64,000 bases of DNA from an uncultured delta proteobacterium (GTDB lineage: Bacteria; Desulfobacterota; RBG-13-43-22), in assembly GCA_963711835.1 (NCBI GenBank), contig CAVQFQ010000004.1:128001-192000 (forward strand), written 5' to 3'. Under the pieces are notes generated by a model. It saw only the letters and a list, made by a program, of their open reading frames with translations, made no database searches and was not told the origin of the DNA. Positions 9,043 through 18,885 of the stretch are shown piece by piece (the stretch's first letter is position 1; each line of letters begins with the position of its first letter). Both the position numbers and the translations under genes were made by a program.

Positions 9043-9827
9043 TCCCCAAAGCACATATCGTGGCCTGGCGGCAGGTGGCGCCCTGGGTGTCCGATGCCCA
9101 GGTGGAACAGGATCTGATCATGAGCCGGGCCTTGGTTTGCATCTTTCAAAATTCAACATTAGCCCCCAGCCTGGCCTTCCGGGGTGGGACGGCCCTGCAC
9201 AAACTTCATTTCAAGAAGGCCAGGAGGTATTCCGAGGACATCGATCTGGTTCAGATTACTCCCGGTCCCATAGGGCCGGTCCTGGACGCCCTGAGGGGTG
9301 TATTGAACTCCTTCCTCGGGGAACCAAAAAGAAAGCTGGCGGAAGGGACGGTTACCTTAACCTATCGGATGGACTCGGAAGGCCCGCCAGTCATACCGAT
9401 GCGTCTTAAAATCGAAATCAATACCCGAGAGCACTTTTCTGTCATGGGGTTCGAGCACCGGCCCTATGAGGTCCGATCCCGCTGGTTTCAGGGGTCCTGC
9501 CGGATTACCACCTTCTCTCTCGAGGAATTGCTCGGCACCAAAGTGCGGGCCCTCTACCAGAGACGTAAGGGGCGGGATCTTTTCGACCTGTGGCTGGGAT
9601 TGACAGAGGGAAAGGCCAAGGCCGCGACGGTCGTTGAAATTTTCAAGGAGTATATGAAGGCCCAGGGTTTTAAGGTTAGACAGGAAGATTACGAAAAAAA
9701 TATTTTGGAGAAACTAAACCACCGTGGGTTTATCAGCGATTTGAAACCTCTGCTTCCTGTCGATCTGAATTATAACATTCAGGAAGCCTTTGGGTTAATG
9801 AGGAGGGAACTTGTCTTAAAAATATAA
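9039..9827 (+). CDS. Type IV toxin-antitoxin toxin, AbiEii nucleotidyltransferase
   Basis: QVEQDL, FRGGTALHK, RYSEDIDL, KGRDLFDL; GTG start at 9039 coupled to abiEi stop. Confidence 0.92.
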   Translation: MIPKAHIVAWRQVAPWVSDAQVEQDLIMSRALVCIFQNSTLAPSLAFRGGTALHKLHFKKARRYSEDIDLVQITPGPIGPVLDALRGVLNSFLGEPKRKLAEGTVTLTYRMDSEGPPVIPMRLKIEINTREHFSVMGFEHRPYEVRSRWFQGSCRITTFSLEELLGTKVRALYQRRKGRDLFDLWLGLTEGKAKAATVVEIFKEYMKAQGFKVRQEDYEKNILEKLNHRGFISDLKPLLPVDLNYNIQEAFGLMRRELVLKI

Positions 9828-9832
9828 GTTAA

Positions 9833-10152
9833 ATGACCCCCGGCAAAGCCGGGGGCTTATCTTTGTTAGCCCCCCAAGGGGGCCGTTTCATGAGTCCCAT
9901 GAAGGGGACATACTTCATATTCAGACTTGGGAAGGTGGAGACGCCCATCTTTCTTTGTTTGTTCAGGAGTATATTTCTTAACGATTTTTATTCCTAACCA
10001 ATGGACATTTCCAGAATATTTAAACTCTTAAAAGATTTTTGGTTTAATCTCCGAGTGCAAAATTCAGCGATTTATATTGGTGGTTTTTACTATTCTATTG
10101 CCTCACACGGTCAAACCTTTCGGAGTCCCCCGGCAAAGCCGGGGGTTTACCT
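9833..10152 (-). mobile_element. Decayed, internally deleted IS200/IS605-type element (MITE-like)
   Basis: Identical CCCCCGGCAAAGCCGGGGG hairpins at 9837-9855 and 10127-10145; AT-rich interior with broken TnpA-like C-terminus (SIG*E*KIVKKY) on minus strand. Confidence 0.7.
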
Positions 10153-10395
10153 GTTAGAAATTAAGATGCTCGGGCATGCCCCTTGCTTTTGAGGGCAAGG
10201 GTCCCGCCCTCGCTGGTCCCTGACGCCCTGACCCCGCTTTGAGCAGGGACCGGGCGACAGGGGACTGGCGGTGGTCGCTGGTCGCCGCCTCGGGAAGCAA
10301 AGGCCACGCCAGAAAAACATCTGTCACGGCCTTTGCATCCCTCGGAGAGATCGGCTACCTTCTGAGGTCAGGGTGCTTGAATTAGATGAATTAAA

Positions 10396-10692
10396 ATAGC
10401 CCGCATGCACCCTGAGGATATCGAAGGACTGGAAGGCCCCATCGAGGGCGAAAGGAAGGTCTTTCGTTTCCTCCGGGAAGCGTCCCGGCCGGACCAGGAT
10501 TTTATCGGTTGGTATGAGCCTGCCATCGGGGGAAAAGGTAAAGAACCCGACTTCGTCCTTTTCAGCAAACAGCAGGGCCTGCTGGTCCTTGAAGTCAAGG
10601 ACTGGCTGATCGATCAGATCGAGGAGGCCGGCCCCCGGACCTTCGACCTGAATGGAAGGCATGAGATTCCCTTTGAATTGGGTCATAAATAG
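10396..10692 (+). pseudogene. Truncated NERD-domain nuclease, copy 2
   Basis: EPDFVLFSKQQGLLVLEVKDW PD-(D/E)xK motif; only about 95 aa; start codon of copy 1 (ATG) is ATA here. Confidence 0.75.
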
Positions 10693-10734
10693 ATGTATGA
10701 TGTTTTAAAGATTAAATGAAATGGAGGTTGAGGC

Positions 10735-10944
10735 ATGAAGGGTAAGGCTAAACGGAATGCTCCTGGGATTGTTCTCAGAGAGGGTAAACCCTCAGCCGTG
10801 ATCCTTGACATTGATGACTATCGAGAAATGTTGGAACGTTTGGAGAACCTCGATGATTTAACTATGCTCAAAGAAATGAGGAAGAAGCCCCTTAAATTCA
10901 GAAAGTTAGAAGACTTCTTAACGGAGTATCAGCCCGGTGTATGA
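10735..10944 (+). CDS. Type II antitoxin, Phd/YefM-like
   Basis: REGKPSAVILDIDDYREMLERLE motif; overlaps downstream relE-like gene. Confidence 0.8.
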   Translation: MKGKAKRNAPGIVLREGKPSAVILDIDDYREMLERLENLDDLTMLKEMRKKPLKFRKLEDFLTEYQPGV

Positions 10945-11195
10945 AGTCTATATCGAGCGATCTGCGGAGAATGATCTCAAGAGTCTGACAACATCCATCT
11001 TCCACCGTATCATCCCCCATATTGAAAACCTTGGCTGGAAACCCAAGACCTTCCGGGTGCATTAAAATTACCGGTTCCAGAAGCGATTGGCGCATTAGAA
11101 TCGGCGACTATCGTATCATTTATGAAATCGACGAGGAGGCAAAGGCTGTGAGGATTATGCGAGTGCGCCATCGCCGGGAGGTATATCGAAGATAA
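10937..11195 (+). CDS. RelE/ParE family toxin with a +1 frameshift near 11030 (absent from ORF track)
   Basis: MYEVYIERSAENDLKSL then, in shifted frame, NPRPSGCIKITGSRSDWRIRIGDYRIIYEID...RHRREVYRR. Confidence 0.85.
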
Positions 11196-11368
11196 AAATA
11201 AGTTGGGAGGCACCGGAGGGGCGTAGTTGCGGAGTGAACTTATTATCTTTGAAAAACCTGCTCTTGGAGAAGAGGTAAAGGGACGGTGACCTGGGGAATG
11301 CCGTCACGCATCTCCAAACACCATATTCAGGATAAGGGGCGATAACGGCTTCCAGATGGACACCAGAC

Positions 11369-11403
11369 GAAAAAAGGGCTGCAGCCGAACGCTGCAACCC
11401 TTT
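11369..11403 (-). terminator. Intrinsic terminator after tRNA-fMet
   Basis: AAAGGGCTGCAGC/GCTGCAACCCTTT hairpin followed by a U-run on the minus strand. Confidence 0.65.
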
Positions 11404-11411
11404 GAATTCTT

Positions 11412-11488
<77 letters not shown>

Positions 11489-11582
11489 ATAAGAACCCTT
11501 ATAATAACTTTTTTTACTCCTTTGTCAACTTTTTTATTTTTTCTATCCCGGCCGGGTTACCGGTTTAGGCCGGGGCGCCTTA

Positions 11583-13339
11583 TCAGACTTTTTGACCTTG
11601 CCCAGGCCGCCTGGGCAAGCCGACCATCACGGTGGTCCCCTGGGCCAAGACACTTCGGACTTCCAGGGTCCCGCCGTGGGCCTGGACCATTTTCCGGGTA
11701 ATGGCCAATCCCAGCCCCACCCCTTTTTCCTTGGTGGTATAGTAATAGGCAAAAATCTTTTTCAGATCTTCCGGGGCAATTCCCCGGCCGCTGTCCCGAA
11801 TGATGAGTTCGATCTTATTATCCTCTTTGGGTCGGACCGAAACTGAAATCTCCCCCCTTCCGGCATGGCCTCCAGGGCATTATTAAATATATTCAAGAAG
11901 GCCTGGGTAAGCTGAAAACGGTCGCAAAAAATCAGCGGCAGGTCGGGACTCCAGGTTTTGGAGAGACGAATCTTTTTCAGCCGCAACTCCTCGGCCAAGA
12001 CCTCCAGGACATAATCCAGGATGGCGGTCAGGGATTGTTCCTCCAACCTGGAGGCTAAGGGCCTGGCCACCATAAGGAATTGGCCGATAATCTGATTGAC
12101 CCGGCTGATCTCATCGCGGACAATCCGGGTAAAGCGTTCATATTCCTGTTGCGCCTCTGGTTCAGGCCAGTGAAACTCCTGCTGCAGCCGCTGGACGACC
12201 AGGCTGATGGCATTGAGGGGGTTTTTTATTTCATGGGCTACCCCGGCTGCCAGTTGCCCCATGGCCGAGAGTTCCTCCTTGAGCCGGATCTGCTCCTCCA
12301 TCTCCTTCATTTTCCGGAAATGACGTCCCTGGAGATGGAAAATAAAATAAAGACTCAGGATCCCCAGCCCGATCAGGACCAGACTCATCAAGAGAATGTT
12401 CCTCCCCGCCTGATGCAGGATGGGGTTCACCTCTTTTAAGGAAAGTCCCAGCCGAATCCGGCCGATGGCTCTCCCGGCCGGAGCAAAAGGCCTGAGGATC
12501 TCGAGAACTTCCTGATCCTTGAATCCGATCCAATAGAGGTCTTGTCCCTTGGCGCCGACCTCTTTCTTAAAATTTTCCCGGCCGGGCCTGAAGGAAAATT
12601 CGCCGGCCGTTTGAGCGATAAATTGCCCGTCCGGTCCCTCCACAGTAATATAGGCGATATTCCCTTTTCCTGAAAATTCTTCCAGAAACCCCTGGATGAT
12701 GATCTGCCTGGTCAGAAAGCGGTATTCATCGGGAGAAACTGAAATCAGGATAATGCCCGGTCCAAACCTTCTGGCCACGGCCACGGCCAGAGGGGTCGAT
12801 TCCCGCCAAGTCCCCTCCCCTCTCAAAACCGCCAGCCGTGTTTTCCCAATCAGGACCTCCTGGAAAAAGGGAGGCTCTTTTTTTAAATTTTCAGGCAACT
12901 GCCGCCGGATCGGGTCGGATGATCCCCCGGATAGAAAATAAATGTGCTTTAAACCCATGGTTTCGGAAGGTGCCTTGGAGGCCTTTCCCCCAGAACGTTG
13001 AGCTGCTTCCTGGTCCAGCCTCAAGGCCAGGCTGACTAACCGTTCGATGAGCAGGTCTTCGATACTCAAACTATCTTCCGTACTTTCGATAATCCCCGAG
13101 CCCGGGGAATAGGAGCGGGCCTGCTCCAGAGAAGACATGAGGTTGGCGGAATTGGTTTCTATCCCTTTTATGATAATCCGGCCTTCGGTTTCCAGAACCC
13201 TGAACAATTGGCTTCGGGTGCGCTGGATCTCAACATAGCCGTTGACCAAAACGATCAGGATCAGGACGGATAGGACCAAAAACAGATAGAGGGGATAACT
13301 GAGAGGAGCTTTTCCGAAAAAACGGGAGGGGAATGCCAT
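11583..13339 (-). CDS. Membrane sensor histidine kinase, ZraS/NtrB-like (frameshift in G-run near 11853)
   Basis: AHEIKNPL H-box, N-box; DSGRGI and TTKEKGVGLGL continue in another frame to TGA at 11583. Confidence 0.88.
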
Positions 13340-13352
13340 TACCGGCCGCAGG

Positions 13353-13955
13353 TCAGGGTTGCGGGGTCTGAAGTTCCGTCGGCGATTTGGTCGGTGCTCT
13401 TCCATGACCCATCCCCTTGCGCATTCCCGGGCCGGGACCCATTCCAAATCGACCGTGGAAGCCCAAATCCGCTCCCGGGGGCAGGTTTTCCTGCTGTTCC
13501 GGGCTCAAGACTTTTAGGGCTTCCTGCTGATAAAAGAGGGATCTTTCCCGGATTTGAAGCATCAGGGTCTGCATTTCCCGGCGCAACGGATCCCCTTGTT
13601 GACCCTTATATTCCTCCGGAGAAAGGGTCCTTAATTCCAGGCGTTTGATGGACATCTGTTTCCGCAACAGGCCCATTTCCTGAAGAAACCGGCTCCTTAG
13701 TTCCTGGATCGTTCTGGTCTGTTCGGGAAGGAGATTTAATTTGTCGGCCCAGGAATCAGAGGGCTGTTCGGGAGAAAAGCCCTCTACCAGGGAGCAGGAC
13801 CAAAGAAGGCAAAGGGCCAGGCCTAATAACAGGCCGGCCGGGAATGGCCGCAAGGAGCGCCCCTTCCTAAACCCCCGCCGGTTTGGCTGCTGCCGTCTTT
13901 GGCTGAAAAAGGTTGAAAGCAGAATCGGATTACTCCTGATAATCCTGCCGAACAA
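13353..13955 (-). CDS. Spy/CpxP/ZraP-like periplasmic (lipo)protein; true start probably downstream of 13955
   Basis: LNLLPEQ and VLSPEQ (LTxEQ-type) motifs, lipobox-like LWSC, Gly/Met-rich tail. Confidence 0.7.
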   Translation of the reverse strand: MFGRIIRSNPILLSTFFSQRRQQPNRRGFRKGRSLRPFPAGLLLGLALCLLWSCSLVEGFSPEQPSDSWADKLNLLPEQTRTIQELRSRFLQEMGLLRKQMSIKRLELRTLSPEEYKGQQGDPLRREMQTLMLQIRERSLFYQQEALKVLSPEQQENLPPGADLGFHGRFGMGPGPGMRKGMGHGRAPTKSPTELQTPQP

Positions 13956-13967
13956 ATGGGGCCCGGG

Positions 13968-15443
13968 TTAACCCAGCCTCTCCTGGGCCAGGTGATAGAG
14001 GCGGATGTATTCCCGGGCCGAGGCCTCCCAGGAAAAATCCGCGGCCATGCCATTGCGCATCAATTGCTCCCAGTGCACCCGGTTTTGGTAGACGGTCAGG
14101 GCCTCGGAAATGGCCGTCCATAGTTCGCCGGGCTGGTACTGGTTGAATTTGAATCCTGTCCCCAGGCCGGTATAGCCGTCAAAGGGAATAATGGTGTCGT
14201 CCAGACCGCCGGTGGCCCGAACCACCGGGATGGTGCCGTACTTCAGGCTGTAGATCTGATTTAAGCCGCAGGGTTCGTAGCGGGAAGGCATCAGGAACAT
14301 ATCGCTGCCAGCCTCGATTTTATGGGCCAGGGCATTATCGAAGCCCAATCGGACCCCGAGTTTCCGGGGATGGCGTTCCGCCAATTCCGAAAAGAGGCGA
14401 TGGTATTTTTCTTCTCCGGTTCCCAGGACCACCAGGGTGACCTCTTCCTGAAGCAGTTGATCCTTGATCGCCGCCAGGAGATCAAACCCTTTTTGATCCG
14501 CCAGGCGGGAGATGACTCCTAAGAGGGGAAAATCCAGCCGGTCTTCGGGGAGATTAAACTGGCTGAGCAGGTCTTTTTTGCAGGCCTTTTTGCCGGATAG
14601 GTCCTGCCGATTGTAATGGGCCGCCAAATAGGGATCCGTTTCCGGGTTCCAGACCTCATAGTCCACCCCGTTTACGATGCCGAAGAGGTCGTCCTTCCGG
14701 TAACGGAGAATCCCCTCGAGACCACATCCGTATTCTTCGGTTTGGATCTCCTGGCCGTATTTTCGACTGACCGTATTGATAATCTGGCTGTAGACGATGC
14801 CCGACTTCAACAGATTGGCTTCTCCCCAGAACTCCAACCCCGCGGGGCTGAAGCATTCCCAGGGCAGACCCGCCAGTTCCATAATTTCCCTGGGGAAGGT
14901 TCCCTGGTAGGCGATGTTGTGGATGGTAAAAATAGAAGCCGTCTTTTTCCAGAAGGGTTCCCCCTGGCGGCGGAAATGGAGATAGGCCGGGATCAGTCCG
15001 GTCTGCCAGTCATGGCCGTGGATGATGTCCGGTTGAAAGCCCAGGGTCTGGGCCAGGGCCAGGGTGCCTTGGCTGAAATAGACGAATCGCTGGTCATTAT
15101 CGAAATAGTCCCCTTTGGGGGTGCCGTAGAGATTTATCCGGTCGTAGAACTCGTCCCGTTCAATCAAATAAATGGGCAGGTCTTCCTCCACTTCGCCCTG
15201 ATAAATATCAGCCGGGATCCGGCGATTTCCCAGGGGGATGGGCAGATCCTCCAAGACCTTCTTTAAGGGGAACTTGCCCTGGCGAACCAGGTGATAGAGC
15301 GGCATGACCACCCGGACATCACAGCCCAATTTTTTTAAAGCCTTGGGCAAAGAACCGGCTACGTCGGCCAACCCGCCGGTCTTGGCAAAGGGAACCACCT
15401 CAGGGGAAACAAAAAGAACTTTCAGTTGTTCCATGACGGACAC
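13968..15443 (-). CDS. glgA: Glycogen synthase
   Basis: KTGGLADV, HDWQTG, TIHNIAYQG, PSRYEPCGL. Confidence 0.97.
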   Translation of the reverse strand: MSVMEQLKVLFVSPEVVPFAKTGGLADVAGSLPKALKKLGCDVRVVMPLYHLVRQGKFPLKKVLEDLPIPLGNRRIPADIYQGEVEEDLPIYLIERDEFYDRINLYGTPKGDYFDNDQRFVYFSQGTLALAQTLGFQPDIIHGHDWQTGLIPAYLHFRRQGEPFWKKTASIFTIHNIAYQGTFPREIMELAGLPWECFSPAGLEFWGEANLLKSGIVYSQIINTVSRKYGQEIQTEEYGCGLEGILRYRKDDLFGIVNGVDYEVWNPETDPYLAAHYNRQDLSGKKACKKDLLSQFNLPEDRLDFPLLGVISRLADQKGFDLLAAIKDQLLQEEVTLVVLGTGEEKYHRLFSELAERHPRKLGVRLGFDNALAHKIEAGSDMFLMPSRYEPCGLNQIYSLKYGTIPVVRATGGLDDTIIPFDGYTGLGTGFKFNQYQPGELWTAISEALTVYQNRVHWEQLMRNGMAADFSWEASAREYIRLYHLAQERLG

Positions 15444-15446
15444 CTT

Positions 15447-16748
15447 TCATTTCATGATTAAATTGGGGAGCCAGAGGGCGATTTGAGGAAAGAACAGAAA
15501 AATAAAAAGACATATATACATACCCACTATAAAGGGATATATCCCCTTGTAAATGGTTCCAATCGGCACTTTGGTAACACCGGCCACTACGAAGACATTG
15601 ATGGCCATGGGAGGCAGAATAATCCCGATCATGGTTATGACGCAGACAATGACCCCGAACCAGACCGGATCATAGCCCAATTTCATGACCAAGGGGAGAA
15701 AAATAGGGGTGGCCAGGATAAGAAAGGCCAGGTCTTCGATGAAGGATCCCCCAATCAGGTAAATGGCAAAGATGATGATCATAATGATATTGCGATCCAA
15801 TGGGAGGGTGCCGAGCCATTCAGCCACGAGATAAGGGGTGCGGGTCACGGCAAAAAAATGACCCAAGATAGTAGCCCCGGCAATGAGGGTAATGACCATG
15901 CAGGCAATGCGCAGGGTGTCGCTAAGGGCCTTGGTGAATTTTTTCAGACTCATATCTCTTTTGAGGAGGGTCAGCACCAGGACGGCAAAGGTCCCGACGC
16001 TGCCCGCCTCGGTAGGCGTGAAGAATCCTTTCATTAGACCCCCGACTACTAAAATAAAAATTACCAGGACCCATAATACCGGCGGCAAGGATCTGATCCG
16101 TTCGCCCCAGGTAGATCTTATCCCCTTAGGTCCCATCTTGGGATTAATTTTACACCAGCCAAATAAGGTGATTACAAAAGAAAGGGCAATAATAAGTCCC
16201 GGGATGATCCCGGCCAGGAACAATTTGCCGATGGAGGTCTCGGTCAGGATGCCATAGACTATCAAGGTCACGCTGGGTGGAATCAATACCCCCAGGGTGC
16301 CCACGGTGGCCACGGTGCCGCAGGAAAGCCGCTTGTCATAGCCGTAACGGTCCATTTCCGGAACGGCGATGGTGGCAAAGGTGGCGGCTGTAGCCGGAGA
16401 GGAGCCGCAGATGGCCTTGAAGGCTGTAGCCGCAGCGACCGTGCCGATCGCCAACCCTCCGGGGATGTGTCCCATAAATTTATAGGCCGAGTCATAGAGA
16501 TTACGGGCTACCCCGCCGCTGGCGCCCACCTGGCCCATGAGGACAAATAGGGGAATGACCGTAAATCCATAGGAAGAAAAGACCTGAAAGATATCTTTGG
16601 CCACCAGGTTCAGGGCCGCCGGGACGTTGACAATGGCCGCAAAACCTATAAAACCGGCCAAAGCCATGGCAAAGCCAATCTCCAAACCCAAGGCGAATAG
16701 GACGAAAGGAAAATGACCGTCAACCAGTACGACCATTTCGAAACTCAT
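15447..16748 (-). CDS. TRAP transporter large permease (DctM)
   Basis: IPLFVLMG, GSSPAT, LIPPS, FTPTEAG motifs. Confidence 0.95.
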   Translation of the reverse strand: MSFEMVVLVDGHFPFVLFALGLEIGFAMALAGFIGFAAIVNVPAALNLVAKDIFQVFSSYGFTVIPLFVLMGQVGASGGVARNLYDSAYKFMGHIPGGLAIGTVAAATAFKAICGSSPATAATFATIAVPEMDRYGYDKRLSCGTVATVGTLGVLIPPSVTLIVYGILTETSIGKLFLAGIIPGLIIALSFVITLFGWCKINPKMGPKGIRSTWGERIRSLPPVLWVLVIFILVVGGLMKGFFTPTEAGSVGTFAVLVLTLLKRDMSLKKFTKALSDTLRIACMVITLIAGATILGHFFAVTRTPYLVAEWLGTLPLDRNIIMIIIFAIYLIGGSFIEDLAFLILATPIFLPLVMKLGYDPVWFGVIVCVITMIGIILPPMAINVFVVAGVTKVPIGTIYKGIYPFIVGMYICLFIFLFFPQIALWLPNLIMK

Positions 16749-16749
16749 G

Positions 16750-17224
16750 ATTAGCCTCCTTCTTCTTGATCAGGTCGGCAATAGGACCAGACATTCGATC
16801 AGACAGCAGATGGCCACACCATAGGCTACCGGATATTCCGGTATATTTAGGGTCAGACGAAACTTGGCCCGTCTGTCGAAATCATTTCCCATTTTGACAA
16901 AGGTTCCAGCCGATGATATAAAAGGTTACAATGGCCAACAGGCGGGTAGACAAATGAAAAGACTTCTGCCCTCTGAAGGACAAGCCGTCCGGTTAAAAAA
17001 TCCATCAGGACATGACCCCGGTCGATGGTCGTCTGGGGGATGGCGAACCCAATCACGATGGCACCCAGCAGAGATACGATCTCGTACGTTCCTAAGATGG
17101 GCATCTTCAAGTAACGGAGAAAGACATCGGCCACGGTCAAGAACATGATGCCTGTCAAGGCCGCCCCGGCAATCCAATACATAAACCGCGAAAGTCCTTT
17201 AATAATGACATTAAATGTGCTCAT
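16750..17224 (-). CDS. TRAP transporter small permease (DctQ), several indels; 3' end approximate
   Basis: LTVADVFLRY...PILGTYEIV, RGHV; C-terminal TLNIPEYPVAYGVAI in another frame. Confidence 0.8.
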
Positions 17225-17329
17225 CAGATGCTCCAGGGTATTTCTTCAGGTATAACCGTTGCCCCTCTAACATCCAGAGGGGCAACGGTCCTTGATTGTC
17301 CTGCCGTATATATGTTGTTTTAAAGACTA

Positions 17330-18343
17330 TTAATTTTTCTTCAACCAGTCCTGACAGAACTTGAGGGCCTCTTCGCCCGGCAGCCCCTTGGCCTTCATGG
17401 CTACCACATATTCGTCCAGTATGGGGAAAACCAGTTTGGCCCAACGCTCATCTTCCGCCTTGGACAGGGTGATAATTTGGTTTCCCTTGGACTTGGTGTA
17501 TTCCATTCCTTCCTTGTCGACGTATTCCCAGGACCGGGCGCTCTTTTCAATCCATTCAGCATTGATTTTTTCGATGGTCGCCTGGACATCCTTGGGCAGG
17601 GCATTCCATTTCTGTTTATTCATGACTACAAAAAAACCTATCGAATAGGCCGAACCATAGTTCAGGGTGTGGTATTTGATCACCTCGGCGAATTTCCAGC
17701 CTTTGGCGGTTTCAATGGGGGACATGACCCCGTCTACGACTCCTTTCTGCAGGGCGTCATAGGTCTCTGTCTGGGGCATGGCCACCGGCGTTGCGCCCAG
17801 GTGGCTGACGATCTTGGAACTGGTCCCGGTGCAACGGATTTTCATCCCCTTCAAATCCTCAAGTTTGTTCACCGGTTTTTTGTTGGTGTTCAGGATCCCC
17901 GGGCCGTGGCCCATCAGGTACATGACCTTGGTATCATCCAGTTCTTTGGGCTGAAACTTGTTATAGAAGGCATTGATCAATCGGGTGACCTGCGCCCCGC
18001 TTTTATAGCCCAAGGGCATGTCGATTACTTCCATCAAGGGGAATCGGCCGGCGGTATAGCTGAGGACGGACATGCCGACATCGGAAATGCCCTTGACCAC
18101 ACCGTCGTAGCACTGGTTGGCCGGGGTCAGGGTGCCCCCGGGGAACACGGTGACCTTGACCGCCCCGTTGGTCCTTTTTTCAACCTCCTTGCTCCATTCA
18201 ACGGCTAAAATGGCTTGAGCGTGGGGAGCGGGGAAAAAGGTAGAATAAGTGAGATCAACGGCCTGAACCCTTCCCGTTGAAACGAAAATAAATGAAAACA
18301 TCACACAAACACCCACCAATAACACTAATCCCTTTTTAAACAT
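17330..18343 (-). CDS. TRAP transporter substrate-binding protein (DctP)
   Basis: Signal peptide, DLKGMKIR, ETYDALQKGVVDG. Confidence 0.95.
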   Translation of the reverse strand: MFKKGLVLLVGVCVMFSFIFVSTGRVQAVDLTYSTFFPAPHAQAILAVEWSKEVEKRTNGAVKVTVFPGGTLTPANQCYDGVVKGISDVGMSVLSYTAGRFPLMEVIDMPLGYKSGAQVTRLINAFYNKFQPKELDDTKVMYLMGHGPGILNTNKKPVNKLEDLKGMKIRCTGTSSKIVSHLGATPVAMPQTETYDALQKGVVDGVMSPIETAKGWKFAEVIKYHTLNYGSAYSIGFFVVMNKQKWNALPKDVQATIEKINAEWIEKSARSWEYVDKEGMEYTKSKGNQIITLSKAEDERWAKLVFPILDEYVVAMKAKGLPGEEALKFCQDWLKKN

Positions 18344-18487
18344 GTCTTACCTCCTTTGGAGTCCTTTTATGAACTGAGCAGATGATACAGATTGTGAACG
18401 TTGAACATTCTTTAGAAAATCTTTGGCCGTCCACCTCCTTCCAATCCTGACATTAAGCCCTTTATGGTTTTATTTTCATTTTATTGT

Positions 18488-18613
18488 GATGGACACGCAA
18501 AAAGTCACTAAAGCCGTCACCCCGGCGGAAGCCGGGAACCAGACCAAAGAACCTGGATTCCGACTTTCGTCGGAATGACCAAAAGGAGCGGTTTTTGACT
18601 TTTTGCGTCCATC
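18488..18613. repeat. Nested palindromic MITE/REP-like element
   Basis: Outer IR GATGGAC..GCAAAAAGTC / GACTTTTTGCGTCCATC around inner GTCACCCCGGCGGAAGCCGGG...TTCCGACTTTCGTCGGAATGAC. Confidence 0.75.
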
Positions 18614-18712
18614 TAATTGAAGCATTTCCTGATGTTTTTTAAATCCCTCCCGACCTCCCTTTACCAAAGGAAGGAGAAACCTCCTCCTTATGAAAAGGAG
18701 GATTGAGGGGGA

Positions 18713-18756
18713 ATTGTCAAACTCCGGGAGTCCCCGGCAAAGCCGGGGGGTTACCT
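18713..18756 (-). mobile_element. Solo IS200-type end hairpin
   Basis: GTCAAAC..GGAGTCCCCGGCAAAGCCGGGGG.TTACC, nearly identical to 10110-10151. Confidence 0.7.
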
Positions 18757-18810
18757 TAAAGAAATCAATAGTTATAATTTAATCATTTTATAGTTAAATT
18801 ATAATTACTT

Positions 18811-18840
18811 AGTATAATTTTTTTAAAGAAAATCTGTCAA
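18811..18840 (-). promoter_or_regulatory. Sigma70-like promoter facing the TRAP operon
   Basis: TTGACA (18840-18835), 18 nt, TATACT (18816-18811). Confidence 0.55.
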
Positions 18841-18885
18841 GGAAAAAAACGATCTGGGGTGGTTAACCGGTTCATTCCCCTATCT

